Origin: Spongospora subterranea f. sp. subterranea
Lineage: Eukaryota
Assembly: GCA_049724395.1 (NCBI GenBank)
Contig: JAUGWO010000100.1
Span: forward strand, 1 to 44,102
Reading direction: 5' to 3'
Length of the DNA stretch: 44,102 bases
The notes under the pieces were generated by a model that was not told the origin of the DNA, searched no databases, and worked only from the letters and a program-made list of their open reading frames with translations. Of this stretch, positions 25,907-37,196 are shown piece by piece. Every line of letters starts with the position of its first letter. The stretch's first letter is position 1. A program made the position numbers and the translations under genes.

Positions 25907-28900
25907 CTAGATGTAGCACCTCTTTTTCACTGCCCTTCTTAGGATCCTGTTCATTTCTTGCGGGTATTCCCACAGTGCATTTTCAAATGATGAGGTGTTC
26001 AAACCTTTGTACTCTTTCCTGACTTTACTCAACTTTCCTTGTAACGCCTTGCAGTGTAACACCTGATGTTCAATCGTCTCTATTTCCGTATTACACCATC
26101 TGCATATGTTACTGTCATCCATATTCAGGTTCTTCAGGTGATTTCTTGCACAAGAGTGCCCAGTTCGTGCTCTGTTGAGAAGCGGGGTTGTAGGTTCAAT
26201 CTTCCTTTCGTTTAGCGTCATTAATATCTTAAATTTATCCCTTTCTGGGTATCCTTTGAATCTGCTAGCTTGAACTCGTTCTTTGATGTAATCTTTAAGG
26301 TTTTCTCTCTCTCTTTTCTTAAGATGCAGTTTGAACGATGATATAAATGGGTCATGTTGAATTTCATCGCCGTCCATCGATGCTTGCTTTGCTAGTTGAT
26401 CAATGTCATCGCTGTGTCCTATGGGGACTTTCATCTCGTCTTCATTATTGTTGTCGTTTTCCACGTGACTTGGTATAAAGTGTATATCCACCATGTTTTC
26501 TTTTTGTTAATTTCGCTAATTTATCTGCACATTCCGCAACGATAGCGTTCACTCTCCTTGGTTTTATCGGTAAGGATTGTAGTTGACTCATCCATGATAA
26601 GGAATCTGTCATTATGTGGATATGTCTTCCCTCATAGTTCTGGTCTACAGCTATATCTAGTCCACTATTCAGTGCAATAATCTCACATTCATATGATGAT
26701 GTCACTTCTGTTCCTAGTTTAACGGTAATTATCTCTTCGTTGGTCTCGCCTTTTTCATCTCTATTTGTATAATCAATTAGCAGAGCTGCCGCTCCTCCGC
26801 CAACATCCTTATTAAAACTCCCATCTGTCCATAGTTCGATATCTGGGTTTGTCGGCAATAGCTTTCCTTTTTTGTGTTTTTTGATTGCTTTTTCCCTATT
26901 TGAGGAATGGTATTTGACCTTATATAATCCCTCCAATATTCGTGCTGGTATATCAGTCCTAGTATGAACTGCATCATATGTGTCAGGTACTCTCTCTTTG
27001 AGTGCTTTCCATACCTCCCCCTAATGGGGTCCATCCATCGCCATCTCCATTCCAGGCAGCATATTCACTTCCTAATAATGTGTCATTTGCCTGTGCTGAA
27101 AGTACTGTCATTGTTGTCTCTGTGATTATTCTATCCTTTAATAATGGGAATCGTGATATCGCATGTAATAATGGGATTGGTGTCGATGGGAAACATCCTG
27201 TATATGTTCTCATATAGTCTCTATATGCAATTTCCATCGGGTTCAGAGTGGTCTTCATGGTTTGGTGTATTTCCGCTGCAAGCCATGGCAGGTAGTAATT
27301 GAGTTTTCCGCCTATGAATCCTCGACATATTTTTGAAAGGTCGAAACTGGAATTCCAGATTTTTCGTAGCCCTCTCATTAATTTGCATCTGGTTTTAATG
27401 TCCTTTGCTACTTCTTTGAGATCGATTTTGATTGTTGAGTGGTGATTCTCATCATTTGCTCTTAAGGTTGCCCCTAAATACTTGATTGTGTCTGTTGTTT
27501 TGATTTTATGCTCGTTGACAGTTATTTGGTCTCTATGAGCATGTTCATTGAATAATAAGTGGGTTTTCAGCCATTGTATCTTAATGTGGTTTGCTGTGCA
27601 CCAGCTTTGCAGCTTTGAACTCTCTGCCCTCAGTTGATTTTTTACTTCCCATTTGGTTGAATCTGTTGCCCATTGTGTGGTATCATCTACATAAACATTA
27701 CTATTGACCGTTTCTATTGGTGCATCGTAGATATATATAATCCATAATAAGACGCTAATACTGGATCCTTGAGGAATTCCGTTCTCTTGATAATGCGGCT
27801 CTGTAATATTTTTCCTGTGGCACACGTGGAATATTCGCTTTGTCAACCATTGGTCTATCAATAATATTAGGTATGATCTATTCCCATATTTCTCATCTTT
27901 CGTACTAGTAGTGTTCTCTGTACTCTGTCAAAGGCTTTCATAAAGTCATATACAATTAGGGCGAATTGTTGTTCTTTAGCAGCTGCTAATCCTGCATTAT
28001 GCAGCAATCTTAACAATGCATGCGTAGTACTATGAGCGGGTCTGCACCCGAATTGGTTATCAGGTATGTGCTTTTCCGCTTGGTGTCTTATTCTGTGTTC
28101 AATAATCCCTTCTACCAGTTTGGCTATATTAGGCAATAATGATATCGGTCTATATTCACCTGGTTCATCTTTAGGTAATGGTCTGATTTTCGCTATTTTC
28201 ATATCTTGTGGGAAGTATCCTAAATCTATAATATCGTTATTAATTGAATTCAGCAACGCGTATTTGTTCATATCATTTTTGCATAATTCTTTGATGAGAC
28301 TATTCGGTATTCCATCAATTCCTCCTGCTGATTTCCTATTGGCCTTAACAACTGCCCTTTCTAGCTCTCTCAAAGTAATCTTTTCCGGTGGTTGAGAGAT
28401 TCTCTCTTTCCATAGTTTTTCAATGAGTAGATCGTGTTCACGCTGTTCATGCTCATTGAGGTTAAGGTCTGCTTCGCTGTAGATTGCCTCAAACTGTCAG
28501 CTATTTTTTCCGCTTCATCTTTTGCATCAACTTTCTGTGTTTCGTACTTTCGTCTCCGTTTGTTGGTTTGAGGACTTATCTTCTTTACCAGGCTCCATAT
28601 TTTGGCTCCTGTTTCGTCCATACATGCCTGTTTAACTTCCGTTCTAAGGCTTGCATTTTTCGCTTTCTGAAATTGTTTCCTCAATGATATTTCCGCTTTT
28701 CGCATTTCGGTGTGCTGCCGTGCAATAAATTGCTGGCTTTTGCATTTCAGTATGGCTTCCTGGTGTTTGCGCTTGAGTTTATTTCGCAAGTTTAACGCAA
28801 TTTTGAGTTTCAGTGGTCCAGAATTTGCATCTATTCTGTCTAACATATTTGTGCTTGATGCTATTTTGCAATAGGTCAATGAAAGCTGTTAGTCCCATGT

Positions 28901-31159
28901 TCTTGCTTTCAACATTCTGCAGTTCCTCTTCTAACGCTTTCGTTGTCGCTCGTGTGTCAATTCGTTGTATTCTTTTACGGCTAGGGGGAATCCTTTGCGT
29001 CGATTTTCTTCTAATTGTAGTATCTATTGTTGTCGGTGAATGGTCACTGCCTAGCTCTGCGTGCACGTCCCATTGTAAGATCTCCTTTGCCATCTGTCGA
29101 TTGGCAATGGTGATATCTAATGAGTTGTTTCCTCTTGTTGGGCGTTCCGGGTTGTTCATCAATTTGCATTCTTCCAATATGCTGTCTAGGTATTTGTGAG
29201 TTTCGTCATGGTGGATTCCAAACCGTCTATCTTTGGTGTTGAGGTCACCTGTTAGAAGTATCGGTTCATCTCGCATTTCTACGAATTTGCCGATTTGTTT
29301 CCAATATGTTTTTCTAGTATTTCGATCTATATCCGGTGGTATATATATGTGAATTAATATCATTTCACTATATATTTTTACTATTTGTGTCATGATTCCG
29401 TCGTTCCCAAACGTTTGTATTGCAGGAATGCGCATCACATCTACATTTACATGGTCCCTCCAAAAAATTCCAGCTTGGGTGTACCGGTCATCGGCTTCGT
29501 GGTTTGGGAAATCGTCTACTTGGCGTCTATGGTGAAGTTCTGATATACATATTACATCGACGCGGTTGGTGTTAGCAAATCGAGACAGTTCTTTTGATTT
29601 TTGTTCGCTTAGGGAGCAGGCGTTCCATTGAGCGATTTTTAAGCTCCTGGTTGTTCTTATTTTTCTGGTTTTGGTATTGGTTTTCATGAAATATTCAGTT
29701 ATTTTCATCTGCCGTTTGTGTGTTTTAGTTCCGTTCAGGTTTTTGTCCGATGTGTCTGCTATATTGTCTTCCTTGTTGTCTGGTTCTAGTATATTTCCGA
29801 TCAATTTGGTGAGTTCGTAGTGGCTCATCTGGCTTGTTGGTGTCTGTTTTGAGGCTGTTTTTCGCGCTGTTTCATTGTCTGCAACTTCTTTGCATTGGCG
29901 CTCGCTGTTGGTAAGCCGTCTTTTATACTGCGTTTCAGTGCCGTCCTTATCTATCAGCAATGTTCGCTTTTTTGTGCAGATTTGTTTAGAGTGCGTTTGA
30001 TGTTTTTCATATTTGGCACGTTGAGTGGGTTGGTCGTCGGAATCGTCGCATGATCGGTGCCTTTTCGGATTTATGTTTTTATCGTGTCTCATCATTTTGT
30101 CTAGCGATGGTTTTATCATAAATTGCTGTTTGGAATTATCATTTCTAACATTTTGCGTTGCTGAGCTGTCTGTTTTGTTTGTTAATTTGTACTGATCAAT
30201 GTAGAGGTCACATTTGTCTGGTGTCATCATACCGCTATTATTCCATTCACTAGCCGTTGTTTCTATAGGGAAAAGGGTCCCATAATGGTTCAAGTCTTGA
30301 TGTCTCATTGGTGTTGATGGTTTCCCATGCTTGTGATGTAACAAGTAAATTGTTTTGGTCCATGGTGTTACATCACGTGACTTTGGTAACGTGTTCTCTA
30401 TCCATTTCTGTATATCTGTTATGAGCGTTGGATTCGTCTGACTTACTACTATTATGTTCATTTTGAATTTGTATGCAGCTATGGTGAGTTCGAACAACCC
30501 TCCCCATTGTCTATCGATACTCATTATATTCAGATATTCATCCAATCCTATGCTGTCATTGTTTGGCAGCGATCCTATATAGGGTTTTAATTTTTTAGCA
30601 ATGGTTCTTCCTTGCTCAGGATTTCTAGCGAATTCACATATTTCCTTTCGTAGGTTTTGCACTGTCATATTCGGGATCGCTCCTGATGCTCTGATCGCCT
30701 CGAAAGCGCAGTTTCCTATTCCGATGACATCTCTAAATACGTATTTCGTATTCTTTATCTCCACCATGCATGATGTATGGAGTCCTTTGCTGTTTCCGCC
30801 ACTGTATGGTGTTGATTGTTCCAGTGTTTTGTTTTCACTTGTTTTCCATACTTTGCTGTTATTTGGTTTTTTCCCACGTTTTACATTCAACCACACCCTA
30901 ATTGGAAACAATTTTACCATGTTCCAATTCCAGGTATCGAGTGATGCGAAGAATTGGTTGTCGCAGTGGACGGCATCTAATTTTAGTGTTCCTTTTGGCC
31001 ATTGCCACCTATAAATGGTTTTATTGTCAGATTGCCACCAATTAATGGTCGTGTTGTCAGTTTGCCACCAATAAATGGTGGTATTGTCGGATTGCCACCA
31101 AAGAATGGTAATATTGTCGGATAGCCACCAGTAAATGGTAGTATTGTCGGTTGAGTCAT
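25907..31159 (-). CDS. LINE polyprotein: GG-repeat leader, OTU protease, PIP box, APE endonuclease, RT, RNase H, Zn-knuckle (several frameshifts)
   Basis: OTU: GNCAFEAI, WGGLFEL, NHY. APE: QWNACSL, ICISE, TGDLN, LDIT, SDH. RT: YRPISLL, QFGCR, DFMKAFD, GIPQGS, YVDD, KYLG. RNase H: WTDGS, ECEIIAL, TDSLS, IPSH, DQLAK. Knuckle: CRWC...ETIEH..LHC. Confidence 0.85.
31001..31150 (-). repeat. Five tandem 30-bp units encoding [PL]T[IT]xP[FL]xGG[NKY]
   Basis: 30-bp periodicity is directly visible. From ATG 31159: MTQ PTILPFTGGY PTILPFFGGN PTIPPFIGGK LTTRPLIGGN LTIKPFIGGN GQKEH*. Confidence 0.92.
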
Positions 31160-31523
31160 TCATACAGCACCGACTTCTAATAATTTTTCTGTCAGTAAAG
31201 TACCGACTTCCAAAATATTTTCCGTCAGTGCAGGAATTGACAACAAGGACCTGTCCGCTCATCTCATACCAATGATAAGTATTCAATGAACGGCGAGAAC
31301 AGCTTTTGACGGCTGTTCTAAAATTTGGCCCGCTCTGAAGACTCAGAGGAAATTGGGAGTGCAGCTGACACTTCAGAGTTCTAGTCATCGTCAGGAAGAC
31401 TACCCCGCCAGGCATCCCTAGACTGTCACCCTTGGTGCCAGCCCGACTCCCCACCACCAGCAACACGATCGATCGCCGCCAGCATCTCGTCGATTCGTGA
31501 CTTGCGCAGTTGATTGCGGAGTG

Positions 31524-31964
31524 CCAGGGAAACAACACTGGACGACAGCCAAGCACATCCTCCGATATTTGAATGGTACTCAAGCACTCGGTATCCGCTA
31601 CTCTCGCGACGTCAATTGTTCAGGTATCCAAGCTTTTTCTGACAGTGATTGGGCAACTGCCCTGATACTAGAAGATCGACAACGGGGTATGTATTAATGT
31701 ACGCTGGAGGGCCAATATCCTGGAGGTCCAAGTTGCAAAAATCGGTAGGGACGTCATCGGTCACTGCTGAATATCAGGCACTTTACGACACTACTCGGGC
31801 CTGTCTACCACAAAATAGGCTTTACTTTCGATGGGCCGACTATGGTCAACGAAGACAACCAAGGGTGTATTGCAATGTCACAAAATAACAGGACGGATGC
31901 GTTGACGAAGCACATTGATGTGAAATACCATTTCACACGTGAGCAAATTAACGAACGACAGATC
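31524..31964 (+). pseudogene. Old Ty1/Copia element, RNase H segment (part 2 of 3)
   Basis: HILRYLNGT, FSDSDWA, RRSTTGYV, ISWRSKLQ, TAEYQAL, EDNQGCI, TKHIDVKYHFTRE. Confidence 0.9.
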
Positions 31965-32203
31965 TGTTGAAACTGATGACTGACGCGCTGCAACTGGCTA
32001 CATGCCGAGCTGTAATGGTTAAGGGCGATGCGTTTCCTCCCTGACTCTGAGACCCGAATCCCCGGTCTGATGATCTCTTGTGCTGTCCTAATACACAATC
32101 AGAGTTCTAATTAGCCTGCTGACATCATGACAGAAACTGGTGGAATCACGGAGGCAGCCTCTCCGACCGGCCGAACGACCAGCGATGCGCAAACTCCCCA
32201 TCA
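31965..32203 (+). repeat. 5' LTR (239 bp)
   Basis: TGTTG...CATCA, near-identical to 36196-36435. Confidence 0.96.
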
Positions 32204-35200
32204 GGTTATGGGCCCAGTTACGCCTGCCGACGTATCGCGCAAGGTCAAGATGTCTGCATTCCGAGGAACGAAGCTAAACGACGAGAACTGGACCCAGTTC
32301 GAATTTGCATTCACAGCACACCTACGCCAGCTGGGGCTACATGAGGCCCTACTGAAGGGGGCGTCGGCGAACGTCGAGGCGGCGTGTTTCTCGGTCCTGA
32401 TTCAGGCCCTATCCGAGGACCAGTACCCTCACATCTACGACTGCACAACAGCAAGAGACGCGTGGGCGGCCCTGAAGGACACACACCGCGCCCAGAACGC
32501 TCGGGCGGCCTTCCGCTACTCAATGGAGTACCGAACAAAGAAGCTAGGCGAGGACGAGCCAATAATCAAGCACCTGGAGATACTAATGGAGGCAGTGCGG
32601 CGGTTGGACGCAGCGACTGGGACCAAGGTCGGAGACATGGACTTCATGACGACGGCGTGCCTGTCGGTCCAGCACGACCCCCGTTATGTGGCGACCGTAG
32701 AGGTGATGATGCAGAACTCGGTCGCGATGTCAAGGAAGAAGGTCATGGACGTGTTGGTCGATACAGAGAAACGCCACAAAATGGTGACCGGTGTTTCGTC
32801 TTCGTCCCAGCTGCAGATGGCGATGCCGGCCACAGGAAGGCGCGGCATGCCGAACTCGAACAAGTCGAGAGGCAAGGGGAACCGGAAGGGAAACTGTCAC
32901 GCATGCGGAAAGGCGGGCCACTGGGCTCGAGACTGTCGGCAGAAGCCTGTGTCCTCGCCAAACGAGTCGGCCAGGAGGGCAGCGACCCAGGAGTTCCTGT
33001 TTTCGGCGATCTCAGCGGATCAGAGCTGCAGTACTCACAGCTGGCTGTTCGATAGTGGCGCCTCTTCCCATATGGTTACGGACGTCGGTATCCTGACAGA
33101 TGCCGAGCGCCTGGACCAAGCCTCAACCGTAACACTCGGCGATGGACACGGAGTGACCGCGACACACAGAGGGACGGTGCAGCTTCGAAACGGCGTCAAA
33201 CTACAAAACGTCCTGTACGTCCCAGGTCTTAGTGAGAATCTGTTTTCCATAGGAAAGGCGTGCGATACCGGTGGTGCCGAGGTGGTCTTCACCAAGGACA
33301 GATGCACGATCTCGGTCAACGGGGAAGCTGTTTTCGACGTCCCTAAGAGAGAGGGCGTGTTCCGCCTGCGGATCGGTCTCGCCAACGGCCGAGGTAGCGC
33401 CGATCAGGAGACTGCCCTGGCGGCGAAGGGTGTCCCGTCGGGCGGGCGCAGCACAGAAGATCTTCACCGTCGATATGGACACGTCAACTTGAACACGCTG
33501 ACCCTAATGTCGAGAACCGGAATCATCCCAAAGATGACCGGGAGTGTGGATGCGCAGCGAAGATGCGAATTGTGCCTCGAGGGGAAGATGGCGAGGGCAC
33601 CGATCCCCAAGAAATCGGAGCGGCAGCCAGCCGAGGCTGGCACCGTCGTTCACAGCGACCTGTGCGGCCCAATGAGAACCACGTCGATACAAGGCAACAC
33701 CTACATGGCGATGTACGTGGACGGGCGGTCGAACTGGACTTACGTTACGTGCATGAAGCTGAAATCGGAGCAGAAGATCAAGTTTAAGGAATATGAGGCC
33801 ACAATGAAGCGACAGTTCGGTGTCGACATCAAGGTCCTTCGGTCGGACGGGGGCGGCGAATATTCCGACGGGGAGTTCCAGACGTATTTGAGGAGCAAGG
33901 GGATCGCCTGGCAGCACTCGGCCCCAAACACACCGCAACAGAACGGGAAGGCGGAGCGGGCGAACAGGACCATCATGGAGATGGCAAGATGCCTGTTGCT
34001 GGAGGCCCGGCTTCCACACCAGTATTGGGAGTTCGCGGTCCTAATGGCAGCGTATATCAGAAACCGAACACCGACGCGCGCAAACGCGAACCTTCAGAGC
34101 CCGTTCGAGGTCCTGTACGGCGAAAAACCTGATCTGAAGGACATGCCAAAATTTGGTGCTCGGTGTATGGTCCACATCCCCGATCAGAAGCGCGGGAAGC
34201 TGGACGTAAAGGCGCGGCCCTGTCGGTTCCTGGGCTATGCCAGCGGCATGAAGGCGGCTGTGTTTGAGGATATGGAGTCCAGGAAGTGCTTCGTATCGAG
34301 AGACAGCGTCGACTCACAACGTCGGCCTGACGAGGAGCCAGTCGAGGGCGCTGAAGACTTCGAGGAGGTCGCGATCGCGAAGGCGCCCATCGCACGACCC
34401 GAACAAACCCAGGTCGACGGCCCACACCCTGGAAGCGGCTCAGAGCCCGAAACATTGCAACCTGCAGAGGACGAGCCCAGTTCAGATGAAGCTGCGACAG
34501 GGGACCTCACTCAACCACAGCCCGACGGTGCCGAAACAAGACAAGTGAGAAGATCCGTCCGGGAGCGGCGGGCACCGACGTTTTTCCACGAGGAATACGC
34601 TACGTTGGCGACCGAGGCGAAGGCACCAGAGCCCGAAAGCGTGGAGCAGGCCCTCAAGGACGACAGCTGGAGGGCGTCAATGCAGGAGGAGTTCAGTTCG
34701 CTGGAGCGAAATGGCACGTGGGAGCTAGTGCCACTGCCAAAGGGCAGGAAACCGGTGTCGGGAAAGTGGTGCTTCAGGGCGAAAACAGACTCGGGTGGAA
34801 ACGTGGTCAGGAAGAAGTCCCGATACGTCGCTCGTGGGTTCACTCAACAGCCGGGCGTCGATTTCGACGAGACGTTCTCTCCCGTCGTGTCCCTAACATC
34901 GTTGAGAGTCTTGTTGGCGATCGCAACAATGCTAGACATGGAGGTTCAACAGTTGGACGTCGACTGCGCGTATCTGTACGGCCACCTCGACGAAGAGATC
35001 TATCTAGAACAACCGCAAGGCTTCGCGAAGAAGGACGAGGACGGTCGGGACCTGGTCTGTAGACTTCGAAAGGCGATATACGGCCTGAAGCAAGCAGGCC
35101 GGGTGTGGTGGAAACAGATAGATGAAGACCTACGTAAGAACGGATTCGCGAGAGCCAACGGCGACTTGTGCATCTATCACCGACGCGGCCACGACGGAGA

Positions 35201-36201
35201 GGTGACCTTACTGGCCCTGTACGTGGATGACTTAGTGGTAGCGTCGACGTCGAAGTCAGCGATTAACGACTTCGGGGCCTACCTACGAGCCAAGTATTCG
35301 ATGAAGTCAATCGGGGACATCGAGTACGTGCTGGGATTGGCGGTGAAACGCGACAGAAAAGCGAAGACGCTGTTCCTGTCGCAGAAGGCCTACGCCGAGG
35401 TCGCGTTGAAGAGATTCAACATGATGGACAGCAAACCTTACGGAAGCCCGGTTTCGGCGGGAGTCGTGGTGAAGGAACCCGGGAAAGGCGGCACTATCGT
35501 GTTCCCGTACCAGCGGGCGATCGGGACACTGTTGTACCTGGCCAACGGCACGAGACCGGATCTGGCCCACGCGGTGGCATGGGCGGCCAGGTTCTCACAC
35601 AGTCCGACGGTGCAACACGTACGGGCAGTCAAGCGGATTTTCCGCTACCTGAAGGGAACCGTTGCCATGGGTATTGGGTTCGGCGGGAGCACTAACATGA
35701 ACTTGAAACTGATCGGTTACGCGGATGCGGATTATGCAGGATGTACGGAGACGCGGCGCTCGACCTCAGGATACGTGTTCCTGATGAACGGCGGCCCTGT
35801 CAGTTGGTCAAGCCGACGGCAAGAGTGCATAGCACTGTCAAACGGCGGAGTCGGAGTATATTTCTTTGAGCGCGGCGGCGAAGGAGGCCCTATGGCTGCG
35901 GAACCTGTTGTCGGAGATAGGCCAAGGGCAAACGACTGCGACAACTATCATGGAAGACAATCAGAGCACGATTGCGCTGGCCACGAACGGCAGGTCGAGG
36001 AAACGAACGAAGCATATCGACGTTCGGTACCACTTCGTACGGGAGACGGTCGAGGCGGACCTGGTCAAGCTGGTTTACTGCCCCAGCGAGGAAAACGTTG
36101 CGGACGTGTTCACCAAAGCCCTACCCGTCGGCAAGTTCCGGGAGTTCCGCGACAGGCTCATGTGCGGCGGTACCAGCTGTACGCGCGGGCGGGAGTGTTG
36201 A
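32127..36201 (+). CDS. Copia gag-pol polyprotein with one +1 base near 35841
   Basis: CHACGKAGHWARDC (gag), WLFDSGAS (protease), HRRYGH..CELC, HSDLCGP/RSDGGGEY/AERANRT (integrase), LYVDD (RT), YADADYAG (RNase H). Removing one A restores ALSTAESEY...KHIDVRYHF, with the stop inside the 3' LTR. Confidence 0.93.
32204..32217 (+). other. Primer-binding site GGTTATGGGCCCAG (initiator tRNA-Met half-molecule type)
   Basis: Lies immediately 3' of the LTR; same PBS type as Drosophila copia. Confidence 0.85.
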
Positions 36202-36435
36202 AACTGATGACTGACGCGCTGCAACTGGCTACATGCCGAGCTGTAATCGTTAAGGGCGATGCGTTTCCTCCCTGACTCTGAGACCCGAATCCCCGGTCTG
36301 ATGATCTCTTGTGCTGTCCTAATACACAATCAGAGTTCTAATTAGCCTGCTGACATCATGACAGAAACTGGTGGAATCACGGAGGCAGCCTTCTCCGACC
36401 GGCCGAACGACCAGCGATGCGCAAACTCCCCATCA
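36196..36435 (+). repeat. 3' LTR (240 bp)
   Basis: Matches the 5' LTR; preceded by GCGGGCGGGAG. Confidence 0.96.
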
Positions 36436-36440
36436 AGATC

Positions 36441-36630
36441 GTAGTACAATACTGCGTGACCGCCAAAATAATCGCCGATTTCATAACAAAACCCATCAAT
36501 ACCCAGAAATTCGTTTGGTGTCGGAACCAGCTAGGGATGTCACCTATTCGTTCGAGGGGGCATGTTGGAACATCAACGGCTCACTCATAGTGTGTTTCAC
36601 GGCTTACAATAAAGTCTGCACGGATGTTGT
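36441..36630 (+). pseudogene. Old Copia 3' end (part 3 of 3) with PPT and the start of its 3' LTR (~36563)
   Basis: Continues REQINERQI|VVQYCVTAKIIADFITKP...QLGM, followed by GAGGGGGCA-TGTTGG. Confidence 0.8.
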
Positions 36631-36659
36631 ATAATAAAAATCACTTCTTCAATGATATA

Positions 36660-36875
36660 CGTTCGTTTAGAGATCATCTGTCAGATCATAATAGGAAAGA
36701 ATGTCTTTCATCAGCATAAACTTGTAGCGCTTCTTCAGTGCAGCGATAATTCCCATGTCCATTGGCTGTTTCCACGATGTAACATTTGGAGGAAAAAATG
36801 TAACCCTTATTCCGTCTTTCTCAAAAGGTTGAGAATGTCCAGGTGCATTATCAAGAATTAAAACCACCTTCCAAC
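36660..36875 (-). pseudogene. pogo/Tigger-like DDE_1 transposase fragment
   Basis: VVLILDNAPGH...FFPPNVTSWKQPMDMGIIAALKKRY. Confidence 0.85.
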
Positions 36876-37196
36876 CCGTTCGGGGGCGAACGTATGGTCG
36901 GAGGGCTGGTACACCGGAATTTTCGTACAAGACGAGAAGACGGAAGACCGCAATGCGCTAAAAGTCCGCAACCTTCGGACAAGATCAAGGTGCGGACTCA
37001 GGGAAATGATTACTGTAATGAAGAGTGTATATGACTAAGTTAGTCCACTGGGGCACTCTCCCACTACAAACCCGAGTCCGGGTTGCGAGCACACTAAAAT
37101 GGGGAGGATGGAATGGTGATCACTTTTTGATCACTTCTCACTTTTGATCACTGACTGTGGTGGAGGGCGCGACACTGGATAGTTACGTACAGTCCC

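Larger units (their letters stand above)
25347..31523 (-). mobile_element. Full-length non-LTR retrotransposon (LINE), 6.18 kb
   Basis: 12-bp TSD CCAGGGAAACAA at 25335-25346 and 31524-31535. 17-nt poly(A) tail (T run 25347-25363). Removing the insert restores the Copia frame SSNPGKQ|HWTTAKHILRYL. Confidence 0.95.
31965..36435 (+). mobile_element. Complete young Ty1/Copia LTR retrotransposon (4.47 kb)
   Basis: TG...CA LTRs at 31965-32203 and 36196-36435 differing by 1 substitution and 1 indel. 5-bp TSD AGATC (31960-31964, 36436-36440). PBS and purine tract present. Confidence 0.97.

Noticed and set aside
5804..31159. Functional link between UBA2 (activates GG-ended SUMO) and the GG/OTU LINE
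   Set aside because: They are over 16 kb apart and the LINE is a nested insertion; proximity in a eukaryotic genome is no evidence of a shared system.
31385..31410. CTGACGA on the minus strand as a hammerhead ribozyme core
   Set aside because: No stem II followed by GAAA at the required position.
31001..31583. ORF-track N-terminus of the 934-aa ORF, including the Trp-rich DNTTIYWWQS repeats
   Set aside because: The ORF starts outside the TSD-defined element (in the host Copia, opposite strand). Synonymous changes and the sixth PYSGG motif favour the GG frame.
32311..36329. Numerous overlapping and antisense ORFs within the Copia
   Set aside because: Expected shadow ORFs of GC-rich coding sequence; no recognisable motifs.
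36876..37196. Possible solo LTR between the pogo and hAT fragments
   Set aside because: No clear TG...CA boundaries with a TSD and no second copy in the window.
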